64,000 nucleotides of DNA from Lachnospiraceae bacterium (GCA_045546735.1 JAZQDJ010000120.1:42394-106393); one strand, 5' to 3'. Counted from the stretch's first letter, positions 54,327 through 63,398 are shown. A program made the numbers and translations. The notes: a model not told the origin generated them from the letters alone.

Positions 54327-56630
54327 ATGATTAAGTTATATGACGGCGGTGCATATCTTGTAAACGGAACAGAGCTTATTCCGGACGGAGCGGATGCACT
54401 TGCAGCAGTGAAATCAAAGACCGGAAAAGACGTTTCACAGCAGGAAGCTGCCAAAGAAACGATTGCTTACGGAATTCTGGAAGAGCACAATACTTCCGGA
54501 AATATGGAAAAGTTAAAAATCAAATTCGATAAATTGACTTCCCACGACATTACATTCGTAGGAATTATTCAGACAGCGAGAGCTTCAGGACTTGAGAAGT
54601 TCCCGATTCCTTATGTTCTGACAAACTGCCACAATTCACTTTGTGCAGTCGGCGGAACAATTAACGAAGATGACCATATGTTTGGTCTTACTTGTGCAAA
54701 GAAATACGGCGGTGTTTATGTTCCGCCTCATCAGGCAGTTATCCATCAGTTTGCCCGCGAGATGCTTGCAGGCGGAGGTAAGATGATTCTCGGTTCCGAT
54801 TCACATACACGTTACGGTGCTCTCGGAACTATGGCGATGGGTGAAGGCGGTCCGGAGCTTGTAAAACAGCTTCTTTGCCAGACATATGACATTAATATGC
54901 CGGGCGTTGTCTGTGTGTACCTGAAAGGTGCGCCTGTGATGGGTGTCGGTCCTCAGGACGTGGCACTTGCTATTATCGGTGCAGTATTCGGAAACGGATA
55001 TGTAAAAAATAAAGTAATGGAATTTGTCGGACCGGGTGTGTCTTCTCTTTCTGCGGACTTCCGTATCGGTATCGATGTAATGACAACAGAGACAACTTGT
55101 CTTTCTTCTATTTGGAGAACGGACGATGAAATCAAAGATTTCTATGATGTTCATGGCAGAAGCGAAGAGTACAAAGGACTTAATCCGGGAGAGGTTGCTT
55201 ACTATGACGGCGTAATCGAAATCGATCTTTCCAAGATCCGTCCGATGATTGCAATGCCGTTCCATCCAAGCAATACATACACAATTGAGGAACTCAATGC
55301 AAACCTTACAGATATTCTTCATGATGTAGAAAAACGTGCGGCGGTCAGCCTTGACAACGCAGTACCTTATTCTCTTCAGGATAAAGTTGTGAACGGCAAA
55401 TTCATGGTAGATCAAGGTATCATCGCAGGTTGTGCCGGCGGTGGTTTCGAAAATATCTGTGCAGCGGCAGATATTTTAAAAGGAAAATATATCGGCTCTG
55501 ACGGATTTACACTCAGCGTATATCCGGCTTCTATGCCTGTATATATGGAACTTATTAAAAATGGTTGTGCAGCGACAATCATGGAGACAGGTGCGGTTAT
55601 GAAGACTGCATTTTGCGGACCGTGCTTCGGCGCAGGCGATACTCCGGCAAACAATGCTTTCAGTATCCGTCATTCAACACGTAACTTCCCGAATCGTGAG
55701 GGTTCTAAGCTTCAGAACGGCCAGATTTCTTCCGTTGCTCTTATGGATGCACGTTCCATCGCAGCAACTGCAGCAAACAAAGGCCAGCTTACTGCGGCAA
55801 CAGATTTCGACGGTGAAATCGGAAAATATAAATATCATTACGATGCAAACATTTACGCAAACCGTGTATTTGATTCTAAGGGCGTGGCAGATCCGTCGGT
55901 TGAAATCCAGTTCGGTCCAAACATCAAGGATTGGCCTGCTATGGTTGCACTCACAGATAACCTTGTGCTTAAAGTAGTTTCCGAGATTCACGATCCGGTA
56001 ACAACAACAGATGAGCTTATTCCGTCCGGTGAGACATCTTCTTACCGCTCAAATCCTCTCGGACTTGCTGAGTTTGCTCTTTCCAGAAAAGATCCTCAGT
56101 ACGTTGGCAGAGCAAAAGAAGTTCAGGCGGCAGAAAAAGCAAGAGAAGCTATGGTTGCAGGAGAGGCAACAGAGAAACCTTGTCAGGTTTTACCGGAAAT
56201 CAAACCGGTCATGGACAAGATTAAAGAAAGTTTCCCTGAGCTTACTCATGAATCATTCGGTATCGGTTCTACTATTTTTGCAGTAAAACCGGGTGATGGT
56301 TCCGCACGTGAGCAGGCAGCAAGTTGTCAGAAGGTACTCGGCGGATGGGCAAACATCGCTAACGAGTATGCGACAAAGAGATATCGTTCTAACCTCATCA
56401 ACTGGGGTATGCTTCCGTTCGTTATTCCGGAAGGAGATCTTCCGTTTGAAAATCTGGATTACATCTTTATTCCGGATATCAAGAAGGCAGTGGAAGAAAA
56501 ATGGGATGAAATCAAGGCTTATGTTGTAAAAGACGAGCTTGTAGAGTTCACAATGACACTCGGCGGTCTGACAGATGAAGAGCGTGAGATTATCCTGAAA
56601 GGATGCTTGATTAACTACAATAGAATTTAA
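54327..56630 (+). CDS. aconitase-family hydratase (aconitate hydratase-like)
   Basis: 767 aa. Fe-S ligand motifs are GSDSHT, CGPCFG and [10 protein letters not shown]. The C-terminal swivel domain has [10 protein letters not shown]. Confidence 0.8.
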   Translation: MIKLYDGGAYLVNGTELIPDGADALAAVKSKTGKDVSQQEAAKETIAYGILEEHNTSGNMEKLKIKFDKLTSHDITFVGIIQTARASGLEKFPIPYVLTNCHNSLCAVGGTINEDDHMFGLTCAKKYGGVYVPPHQAVIHQFAREMLAGGGKMILGSDSHTRYGALGTMAMGEGGPELVKQLLCQTYDINMPGVVCVYLKGAPVMGVGPQDVALAIIGAVFGNGYVKNKVMEFVGPGVSSLSADFRIGIDVMTTETTCLSSIWRTDDEIKDFYDVHGRSEEYKGLNPGEVAYYDGVIEIDLSKIRPMIAMPFHPSNTYTIEELNANLTDILHDVEKRAAVSLDNAVPYSLQDKVVNGKFMVDQGIIAGCAGGGFENICAAADILKGKYIGSDGFTLSVYPASMPVYMELIKNGCAATIMETGAVMKTAFCGPCFGAGDTPANNAFSIRHSTRNFPNREGSKLQNGQISSVALMDARSIAATAANKGQLTAATDFDGEIGKYKYHYDANIYANRVFDSKGVADPSVEIQFGPNIKDWPAMVALTDNLVLKVVSEIHDPVTTTDELIPSGETSSYRSNPLGLAEFALSRKDPQYVGRAKEVQAAEKAREAMVAGEATEKPCQVLPEIKPVMDKIKESFPELTHESFGIGSTIFAVKPGDGSAREQAASCQKVLGGWANIANEYATKRYRSNLINWGMLPFVIPEGDLPFENLDYIFIPDIKKAVEEKWDEIKAYVVKDELVEFTMTLGGLTDEEREIILKGCLINYNRI

Positions 56631-56757
56631 AGAGTGTGAAATTGATTTATGAAGGCTTCTGCCTGCAGATGTAACTGTGGGTGGAAGCTTTTTTATGTGG
56701 TTTGTGGGAAAGATTAGATTTGATTTTAGCTTTGCGGCAGATAGATTTAGTGCGGGT

Positions 56758-57027
56758 GGGCAAAAAATGAAGGATTTTTGTAAAAAGGGCCCAGAAGTGG
56801 CAAGGAGAAGGGGATAGGATTTGAGAAAAATGGGTAAGAAATGAAAGATTATAATAAAAAAGGCCCAGATATGTGAAGGAAAAACGCTGTAGGAAGTTTA
56901 GATGGAGAAATAGGACGGGCAAGAAATGAAAGAAAAAGCAGGAAAGGGCCCAATTTTAGCGGTATTTGTGATGTTTGCCAGAGAGTGAGTGGGTAAGAAA
57001 TGAAGAAAACAAGCTAAAACTTGCCCA
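56758..57027 (+). repeat. array C of the GGGYAAG-N22-23-CCCA repeat family (4 clear units, plus degenerate flanking units at 56706 and 57044)
   Basis: C1 56758-56793 is GGGCAAAAAATGAAGGATTTTTGTAAAAAGGGCCCA. C2 56832-56867 is GGGTAAGAAATGAAAGATTATAATAAAAAAGGCCCA. C3 56917-56952 is GGGCAAGAAATGAAAGAAAAAGCAGGAAAGGGCCCA. C4 56991-57027 is GGGTAAGAAATGAAGAAAACAAGCTAAAACTTGCCCA. Confidence 0.8.
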
Positions 57028-57134
57028 TGGTTAGGAAGAAAGAGGGCAGAACTAAACAAATTTCAACTTCTGCCGATATACATAGTGCAAGTGATGAACG
57101 GTCGACATCGCCTGTAGCCAAGGAAGGTGTGTGT

Positions 57135-57166
57135 GAGCGCAAGGGAGCGCAAGCGCATCTTTTTTT
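57135..57166 (+). terminator. terminator-like hairpin plus T7, 30 nt upstream of the next start codon
   Basis: GAGCGC-12 nt-GCGC(A)TC followed by TTTTTTT. The stem is short and has one bulge. Confidence 0.4.
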
Positions 57167-57196
57167 GTTGGCTAACATTCCAGAAGGAGGGATTAT

Positions 57197-58297
57197 TTGA
57201 AGATTGATTCCAGCTACATAGGAATGGAATCCGCCAGAAGATACTCTTCTGTGACCAAAAAGACCGCCACAGCCAGCCTGGTAGGCGTGGAGGTATTGCA
57301 AGGACAGCAGCCGGCAAGTGAAAACTTTTCACAGCTACTGAATACCGGGGAGTGGGATGAAAGCGGCAATTTCCTGCTCGACGAAAACAGCCGTGTGATT
57401 GCTTCAAGGGCAACATACAAAACAAGTTCTTCCATCAGTTCCATCGGTGAGAAGAAGACCTTACAATCTATTCGTGAGATGTGTGTACATTACCTGATCC
57501 GTTGGCTCTATACGAACCTCGGAGCAAGAAGAGGAGAAACCGAAAACCAAGTTGATGAGTATATGAATAAATACCTCGGAAATAATAATGTGCAAAGCAT
57601 CGGAAATACGGGAGGAACTTACAATTTCGGTCAAATGAAAATGAATATGAGTTACTTCCATGAAGAGGCGGAACAGACGCAGTTTAGTACGGTCGGAACT
57701 GTAAAAACCGCAGACGGACGGGAAATCAATTTTAATCTCGGATTGTCGATGAGCCGCCGCTTTACAGAGTATGCACAGACGACTTCGGTCGGGGAGTTTG
57801 TGCAGATGACAGATCCGCTTGTTATCAATTTAGACACCAATATGACAACGTTATCTGACCAAAAGTTTGAGTTTGACCTTGACTGTGACGGTGTGAAAGA
57901 TACTATTTCACAGTTAAGCGGAAGAAACGGATTTTTGGCTCTCGATAAAAACGGAGACGGTGTGATTAATGATGGCTCGGAATTGTTCGGGACAAAGAGC
58001 GGAGACGGTTTTGCAGATCTTGCGCAGTACGACGAAGACGGAAACGGATGGATTGACGAGAATGATGCAATATTTGAAAAACTTCTTGTGTGGGCAAAAG
58101 ATGAGAACGGAAAAGATGAGCTTTACACATTGAAGGAAGCAGGTGTCGGAGCGATGTGCCTGCAAAGGGCAGAAACTGATTTTTCTTTGAATTCGTTAAA
58201 AGACAATCAGACAAACGGCCGCATCCGTTCAACGGGAATTTTCCTGTATGAAAACGGAAATGTCGGAACCATGCAACAATTGGATTTGGCGCAATAA
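57197..58297 (+). CDS. hypothetical protein with EF-hand-like calcium-binding loops
   Basis: TTG start 8 nt after AAGGAGGG. The loops are DLDCDGVKD, DKNGDGVINDGSE and DEDGNGWIDEND. No signal peptide is evident. Confidence 0.6.
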   Translation: MKIDSSYIGMESARRYSSVTKKTATASLVGVEVLQGQQPASENFSQLLNTGEWDESGNFLLDENSRVIASRATYKTSSSISSIGEKKTLQSIREMCVHYLIRWLYTNLGARRGETENQVDEYMNKYLGNNNVQSIGNTGGTYNFGQMKMNMSYFHEEAEQTQFSTVGTVKTADGREINFNLGLSMSRRFTEYAQTTSVGEFVQMTDPLVINLDTNMTTLSDQKFEFDLDCDGVKDTISQLSGRNGFLALDKNGDGVINDGSELFGTKSGDGFADLAQYDEDGNGWIDENDAIFEKLLVWAKDENGKDELYTLKEAGVGAMCLQRAETDFSLNSLKDNQTNGRIRSTGIFLYENGNVGTMQQLDLAQ

Positions 58298-58308
58298 AAC
58301 AAAAATGA

Positions 58309-58335
58309 AAGGGGCTGTAAAAAGCCCCTTTTTTC
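58309..58335 (+). terminator. intrinsic terminator
   Basis: Stem GGGGCT/AGCCCC with loop GTAAAA, followed by TTTTTT. Confidence 0.75.
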
Positions 58336-58419
58336 TTACAAATTTCAGAATTATTTTGTATAGATACGTGAGCGAAAAATGGCATTTAGACAGGAGCTGT
58401 GTTTGTTGAAGAGTCCTAA

Positions 58420-59274
58420 CTAAATGAGGTGCCCCTGATTTTCCGAACCAAACAATCGGATCTTTTCAGCCACAACTTTTTTCATGGCATCAATTTCATA
58501 TGGAATCAGTCCCATCATAGTCTTTTCACCGGCCGCAAGACCTGCTTCAATACCGGCTTTTCCTGCTTTATCGATATCGGTAAAAATATTGACTTTGCAG
58601 ATTCCGCGCTTTACTGCAATGCGGAAATCTTCATCCGAAAGCCCGCTTCCGCCGTGAAGTACAAGAGGCAGATTTGTCTTTTCAGAGATAACAGATATAC
58701 GCTCAAAGTCGAGCTTTGGCGGAAATTTATAGTCGCCGTGTGCATTGCCGACTGCGACGGCCAGGCTGTCTACACCTGTGCGGGATACGAAATCCAGTGC
58801 CTTATCTGGATCGGTGTAATAGTCACTCGGATTAGCGAGTTTTCCGGCGCCTTCGTTGTCACCGACATGTCCGAGCTCACCTTCGACAGTAACGCCCATG
58901 GCATGACATATTTTTACCATCTCAGCTACTTTAGCGACATTTGTTTCATAATCTTCCATGGAGCAGTCATACATAAGAGAAGTAAAACCGAGCTGAAGGG
59001 CTTCCATACACCGCTCAAAGGTAAGACCGTGGTCATAATGTACACATACAGGAACGGAAACTTTTTGAGCCATCGGAATCAAGTATTCCGCCACGCGTTC
59101 AAGATCCATGGCAGGAAGAAGAACCTGTGCGGTTCCGACCATTACCGGAGCATGAAGTTCTTCGGCTGTTTCAATAACAGCTCTTGCCATTTCAACATTG
59201 ACGGCATTAAAAAATCCGACACCATACCCGCCTTTTTTGGCAGGTAATAATAAATCATTCATATTTACTAACAT
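58420..59274 (-). CDS. class II (ketose/fructose/tagatose) bisphosphate aldolase family protein
   Basis: 284 aa. Contains VHYDHG, GELGHVG and LVLHGGSG. Confidence 0.85.
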   Translation of the reverse strand: MLVNMNDLLLPAKKGGYGVGFFNAVNVEMARAVIETAEELHAPVMVGTAQVLLPAMDLERVAEYLIPMAQKVSVPVCVHYDHGLTFERCMEALQLGFTSLMYDCSMEDYETNVAKVAEMVKICHAMGVTVEGELGHVGDNEGAGKLANPSDYYTDPDKALDFVSRTGVDSLAVAVGNAHGDYKFPPKLDFERISVISEKTNLPLVLHGGSGLSDEDFRIAVKRGICKVNIFTDIDKAGKAGIEAGLAAGEKTMMGLIPYEIDAMKKVVAEKIRLFGSENQGHLI

Positions 59275-59275
59275 A

Positions 59276-60403
59276 TTATAATTCTCCGTTCTTTTTCCAT
59301 CCGGCGCTGATTTTTTCTTTCAGTTCATCCAGAGGTTTTAAGCCACCGAGTGCGTCGTAAGAAGTGACACAACATGCACCGGTAGCAGTAGCTAACTGCA
59401 TGGCTGTTTCCGGAGTTTCACCGTTTAAAACGGAAGCAAGGAATGCAGCGATGCTTGTATCGCCTGCGCCTGTACCGGATAAAATGCAGTCAGGAACATA
59501 ACTTGTTTCAAACCCTTCTTTATCGGCCCACACATTTACATCAAGGCCTATGCGGGAACTGATATCGGAAAGTGTTTCTTTATCGGCTGTTTTATAAAAT
59601 ATACCAGGAGCTCCGCATTTAATAAGAAGCACCTTTACTCCATAGGACATACAAAGGTCGGCGAGAGGTTTGACATCTTTTTCAATATCAAGAATTTCTG
59701 TGATATCTTTTCCGCCTGCGCGCAACTGCCACTGGGCGAATCGTTCTTTATCAAGCATAAAACACAGTTCTTCCACGCTCGGCACAAAGAAATCCACATG
59801 CAAAAGTACGCGCTTTAAGAGCTTATTCCAATCAAGTTTTCCGGCTTCTGTATCCGGATCGATAGCAGCCATGTCGAGCGAAGTGGCAACACCGGCTTTT
59901 CTGACGGATGCCATCAGATTGGCAAGTTGCTCTCCGTCATTTTCGTACATGGCACGCATGAGCGGCGGATAACCGAAATGAAACAGGGCTGCATCAGAAA
60001 GCGTTTCCGGGGAAACGTCATCTGCACAAAACGTATTATTTGCTCCCGGGTTATGTAAAAAAATACGGTCTATTCCGGGAACAGCCAACACGACAGAATA
60101 TGAGGTGGATTCTGCTTCGGAGCGGATCATGAATTTATCTGCATCATATTTTTTTAAAATACCGCAAATCATATCACCGAAAGCATCACATCCGACCTTT
60201 CCCATCAGAGAAACGTTAGCGCCAAGCAACTTTAATGCAAGTCCCGTGTTAGCCACGGCTCCTCCGGTATGTACGTCAGCCGCACCGGTTTGTACCAGTT
60301 TGCCCGGCGATAGAATATCATCTAATTTGTTTGCTTTTTTATCGGGAAATATCGGTGTGATGTCCAGACAGATATGTCCCGCAACAATAATTTTTTTGCT
60401 CAT
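59276..60403 (-). CDS. PfkB-family carbohydrate kinase
   Basis: Start is placed at the ATG of MSKKIIVAGHICLDI, 5 nt after AGGTGA. The C-terminal motif is GTGAGDTSIAAF. Confidence 0.8.
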   Translation of the reverse strand: MSKKIIVAGHICLDITPIFPDKKANKLDDILSPGKLVQTGAADVHTGGAVANTGLALKLLGANVSLMGKVGCDAFGDMICGILKKYDADKFMIRSEAESTSYSVVLAVPGIDRIFLHNPGANNTFCADDVSPETLSDAALFHFGYPPLMRAMYENDGEQLANLMASVRKAGVATSLDMAAIDPDTEAGKLDWNKLLKRVLLHVDFFVPSVEELCFMLDKERFAQWQLRAGGKDITEILDIEKDVKPLADLCMSYGVKVLLIKCGAPGIFYKTADKETLSDISSRIGLDVNVWADKEGFETSYVPDCILSGTGAGDTSIAAFLASVLNGETPETAMQLATATGACCVTSYDALGGLKPLDELKEKISAGWKKNGEL

Positions 60404-60414
60404 AATAATCACCT
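60391..60414 (-). repeat. 24-nt inverted-repeat arm 1, covering the RBS and first codons of the kinase gene
   Basis: The reverse complement reads AGGTGATTATTATGAGCAAAAAAA. Confidence 0.85.
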
Positions 60415-60486
60415 ATCCTTATCATAACAAAAAAGAATGAAATGGTACACAGGAAAATATATTAATAGGGAACGGAGGATCATAAG

Positions 60487-61389
60487 GTGAGAAATATTAG
60501 GGATTTTTTCCTTCTTCTGCTGTGTTTTTCTTTGTCGGCATATTTCATTTTGTTTTTTAAAAGGCAGGAAAATACGCAGATTTTGGACAACTACAATGTG
60601 CTTTCAGAGTTTGCACACAACAACCGTTACTATGTGGTTTGTCAGGAGAAGGGAGTTAGTTTGGAGTTACCGATGGAAAACTATCTGGTCGGTGCTCTTG
60701 CCGCAAGTGTTCCGGCGGAGTATGAGGAGGAACTTTTAAAAGCGCAGGCAATTGTGCTTCGGAGTACTTTGTATAAGAAATATAAAGAAGAAAATACAGA
60801 CGTGCTGAACATACAGACGCCGGAATTTTGGCCGGACCAAATGATGCAGAATATATGGGGAGAAAAGTATGAAGAATATGTAAATAAATGTCTGGATGCG
60901 GTTGTACAGACACAGGGAATTTATTTGTCCTACGGGGAGGAACCGGCGGAAGGTTTTTATCATGGGATGAGCGCGGGAAAGACAAGGTCGGGAAAAGAAT
61001 TGAGCGGAGATGGGGAATATGGTTACCTTAAGGTAACTGAATGTCCGGATAATTTAAGTGCTTTGGATTATGAAAAGGAAATAAAAATATCCGCAAAGAG
61101 TGTGGGGCAATTAGATAAGGCGGTGAGAAATGAGGAGGGATATGTGATTTCTCTACATAAAGATGGAGAACAAATTTCCGGTGAAAAAATGAGTGAAAAT
61201 TATGGATTTTTGTCCTCGAATTTTACGTGGGAAGAGGAAGGAGATTCTTACATTTTTAAAATAAAAGGAAAAGGGCACGGTTTCGGACTGGATCAATATT
61301 ACGGAAATGTGTTAGCAAAAAAAGGGAGAGATTATCGCGAAATACTTACGTGTTTCTTTGATGGGATTACTTTTGAAAGAATGGAATAA
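60487..61389 (+). CDS. spoIID: SpoIID/LytB domain protein (stage II sporulation protein D-like)
   Basis: GTG start 7 nt after GGAGGA. It has a TM anchor, the block ENYLVGALAASVPAEYEEELLKAQAIVLRSTLY and the motif GHGFGLDQYYGNVLA. Confidence 0.65.
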   Translation: MRNIRDFFLLLLCFSLSAYFILFFKRQENTQILDNYNVLSEFAHNNRYYVVCQEKGVSLELPMENYLVGALAASVPAEYEEELLKAQAIVLRSTLYKKYKEENTDVLNIQTPEFWPDQMMQNIWGEKYEEYVNKCLDAVVQTQGIYLSYGEEPAEGFYHGMSAGKTRSGKELSGDGEYGYLKVTECPDNLSALDYEKEIKISAKSVGQLDKAVRNEEGYVISLHKDGEQISGEKMSENYGFLSSNFTWEEEGDSYIFKIKGKGHGFGLDQYYGNVLAKKGRDYREILTCFFDGITFERME

Positions 61390-61419
61390 TTTACAAAAAA
61401 GAAGGAAAAACTATCACCG

Positions 61420-61443
61420 AGGTGATAATTATGAGCAAAAAAA
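61420..61443 (+). repeat. 24-nt inverted-repeat arm 2, covering the RBS and first codons of the M23-like gene
   Basis: AGGTGATAATTATGAGCAAAAAAA is 23/24 identical to the reverse complement of 60391-60414. Confidence 0.85.
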
Positions 61444-62210
61444 ACATGAATCAAAAGAAAAGCCTGATTTTTTCTACGGCAGTAGTTATTACGGGATGTA
61501 TTGCGACTGCAATTTACGTGAATCAGAGCATGAATACGGTAACAGATTACAAAATCGATCTTTCGCAAATGGATGTGAAGGAACCGGAACAAAACGGTAT
61601 TGTGAACGATCCGGAACTTGGGAGCGGGGCCTCTTTAGCGCGGGTAAGCGGACAGGATGTTGTGAATACTTATCCCGAGGAACCATCGGAGGATGTCGTA
61701 AAAAAAGCAACTTCGCAGGACAGCAAAATAAAGGAAAAAGAGCCGGTTGCGGAAACAGCATCAGAGTCGGTGGTTATGCCTGCACAGGATTTGGCATTTG
61801 AAAAAGAGGATGGCATGGGATGGCCTCTGGTAGGAGATGTCATACTAAATTACAGCATGGACAGTGCGGTTTATTTTGCGACGCTGATGCAGTATAAATA
61901 TAATCCTGCCATCTTGATTTCTGCGATGCAGGGAGATAATGTCAGTGCTTGTGCAAAAGGACAAGTTGTAAAAATCGGCGAATCTGCAGAACAGGGAAAA
62001 TATGTTGTCATGAATTTGGGAAACGGTTATGAAGTTACCTACGGACAACTTGAAAATCTTCAGGTGGAAGAAGGGACAATTGTTGCACGCGGACAGGTCA
62101 TCGGAAATGTGGCAAAAACTACAAAGTATTACTCTGTGGAAGGAGATCATCTTTCGCTGATGATTACAAAGGATGGAGAGACCGTGGACCCGCTCACTCT
62201 TTTAGATTAG
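61431..62210 (+). CDS. membrane-anchored M23/LytM-domain protein with degenerate active-site motifs (SpoIIQ-like)
   Basis: Start is placed at MSKKNMNQKKS, after GAGGTGA. It has a TM helix. The LytM fold is recognisable, but HxxxD is replaced by NPAIL and HxH by HLS. Confidence 0.65.
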   Translation: MSKKNMNQKKSLIFSTAVVITGCIATAIYVNQSMNTVTDYKIDLSQMDVKEPEQNGIVNDPELGSGASLARVSGQDVVNTYPEEPSEDVVKKATSQDSKIKEKEPVAETASESVVMPAQDLAFEKEDGMGWPLVGDVILNYSMDSAVYFATLMQYKYNPAILISAMQGDNVSACAKGQVVKIGESAEQGKYVVMNLGNGYEVTYGQLENLQVEEGTIVARGQVIGNVAKTTKYYSVEGDHLSLMITKDGETVDPLTLLD

Positions 62211-62219
62211 GTAAATGCG

Positions 62220-63398
62220 ATGATTGTGATAAAAAATGCAAAAGTATTTACGATGGAGAAAGAAGGTATCCTGGAGGGCGGAGCTGTTTGGGTGGAAAAT
62301 GATGTCATCCGGAGTGTGGGAAAATCTTTGTCTGTCCCGCCGTCTGCACGCGTGATTGATGCTAAGGGGTGTATGCTTTTTCCGGGATTTATTGAGGCGC
62401 ACTGTCATATGGGGATTACCGAAGAAAAAAAGGGCAGAGAGGGAGATGACTGCAATGAATGTGTTAATCCGCTCACCCCGTATCTTCGTGCAATTGATGC
62501 GATAAACCCGATGGATGCTGCATTTCATAATGCAGTAGCGGCAGGAATTACTTCTGCCATGATAGGTCCGGGAAGTTCTAATGTGGTCGGCGGTCAATTT
62601 GCATTTGTAAAGACGCACGGAAGATGTGTGGATGAGATGATACGGTTAGCTCCTGCTGCGATGAAAGTGGCTTTTGGGGAGAATCCGAAAATGAATTACG
62701 GAATGAAAGATAATTCTCCCTATACCCGGATGTCTATTGCGTCGATGCTCCGAAAAGAATTACTGTGTGCAAGAAATTATATAAAGACTCACCCGTATAT
62801 GTCCCCGCCGGGGATAGAAGAAAATCCGGAAGATGAGTTCAGGTATGGCTGTTACAGGGATGTTTTTTACGGAAAGATTCCGCTGAAGGTACATGCGCAC
62901 AGAGCAGATGACATCATGACGGCCATACGGATTGCAAAAGAATTCGGGATCGGCCTGACTTTTGATCATTGCAGTGAAGGTCATTTGATTGCAGACCACA
63001 TTGCAAAGAGCGGATTTCCTGCCATTGTCGGACCGGATCTTGCAAGCAGAAACAAAATAGAAGTACAGAATATGGCATTTAAAACAGCAGGAATTCTTGA
63101 AACAGCGGGCGTCACGGTGGCAGTTACAACCGACCACCCGGTCTCTTTAATTCAGTCGCTGCCTCTTTGCAGTGCGCTGGCAGTAAAAGAAGGACTTTCC
63201 ACGGAGGGAGGACTGCGTGCTTTAACGATAAACGCAGCGCGGATTTGCAGGATGGATCACAAAGTCGGAAGTATCCGGGAAGGGAAAAAGGCAGATCTGG
63301 TTCTTTTTAAGGGGCATCCGTTTGAAACATTTTCAAAAGTTTTGTTTACTATGATTGACGGTGAAATCGTATATCACGACAGAGAAATGTATCTTTAA
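62220..63398 (+). CDS. amidohydrolase family protein
   Basis: 392 aa with the metal-binding motif PGFIEAHCHMG and a C-terminal DLVLF... Confidence 0.8.
   Translation: MIVIKNAKVFTMEKEGILEGGAVWVENDVIRSVGKSLSVPPSARVIDAKGCMLFPGFIEAHCHMGITEEKKGREGDDCNECVNPLTPYLRAIDAINPMDAAFHNAVAAGITSAMIGPGSSNVVGGQFAFVKTHGRCVDEMIRLAPAAMKVAFGENPKMNYGMKDNSPYTRMSIASMLRKELLCARNYIKTHPYMSPPGIEENPEDEFRYGCYRDVFYGKIPLKVHAHRADDIMTAIRIAKEFGIGLTFDHCSEGHLIADHIAKSGFPAIVGPDLASRNKIEVQNMAFKTAGILETAGVTVAVTTDHPVSLIQSLPLCSALAVKEGLSTEGGLRALTINAARICRMDHKVGSIREGKKADLVLFKGHPFETFSKVLFTMIDGEIVYHDREMYL

Noticed and set aside
56758-57027. Interpreting the repeat arrays (also 28651-28836 and 39691-39876) as CRISPR arrays
   Set aside because: Repeat and spacer lengths are CRISPR-like, but repeat copies are only about 60-75% identical and differ mostly in their interiors. 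Spacers fall into 28/38/48-nt classes, arrays have only 3-6 units, and no cas gene or leader is present in the window. I report them as an unclassified repeat family instead.
56647-57425. Minus-strand ORFs of 91, 95 and 120 aa in the gap between the aconitase-family gene and the EF-hand-loop protein gene
   Set aside because: They translate the repeat array and the antisense of the next gene's 5' end into Phe/Leu/Ser-rich low-complexity peptides. There is no RBS, and the frames are not maintained across repeat units.
58429-59247. 272-aa plus-strand ORF antisense to the class II aldolase gene
   Set aside because: It mirrors the aldolase CDS almost exactly. It has no RBS or family signature, whereas the aldolase frame has all its catalytic motifs.
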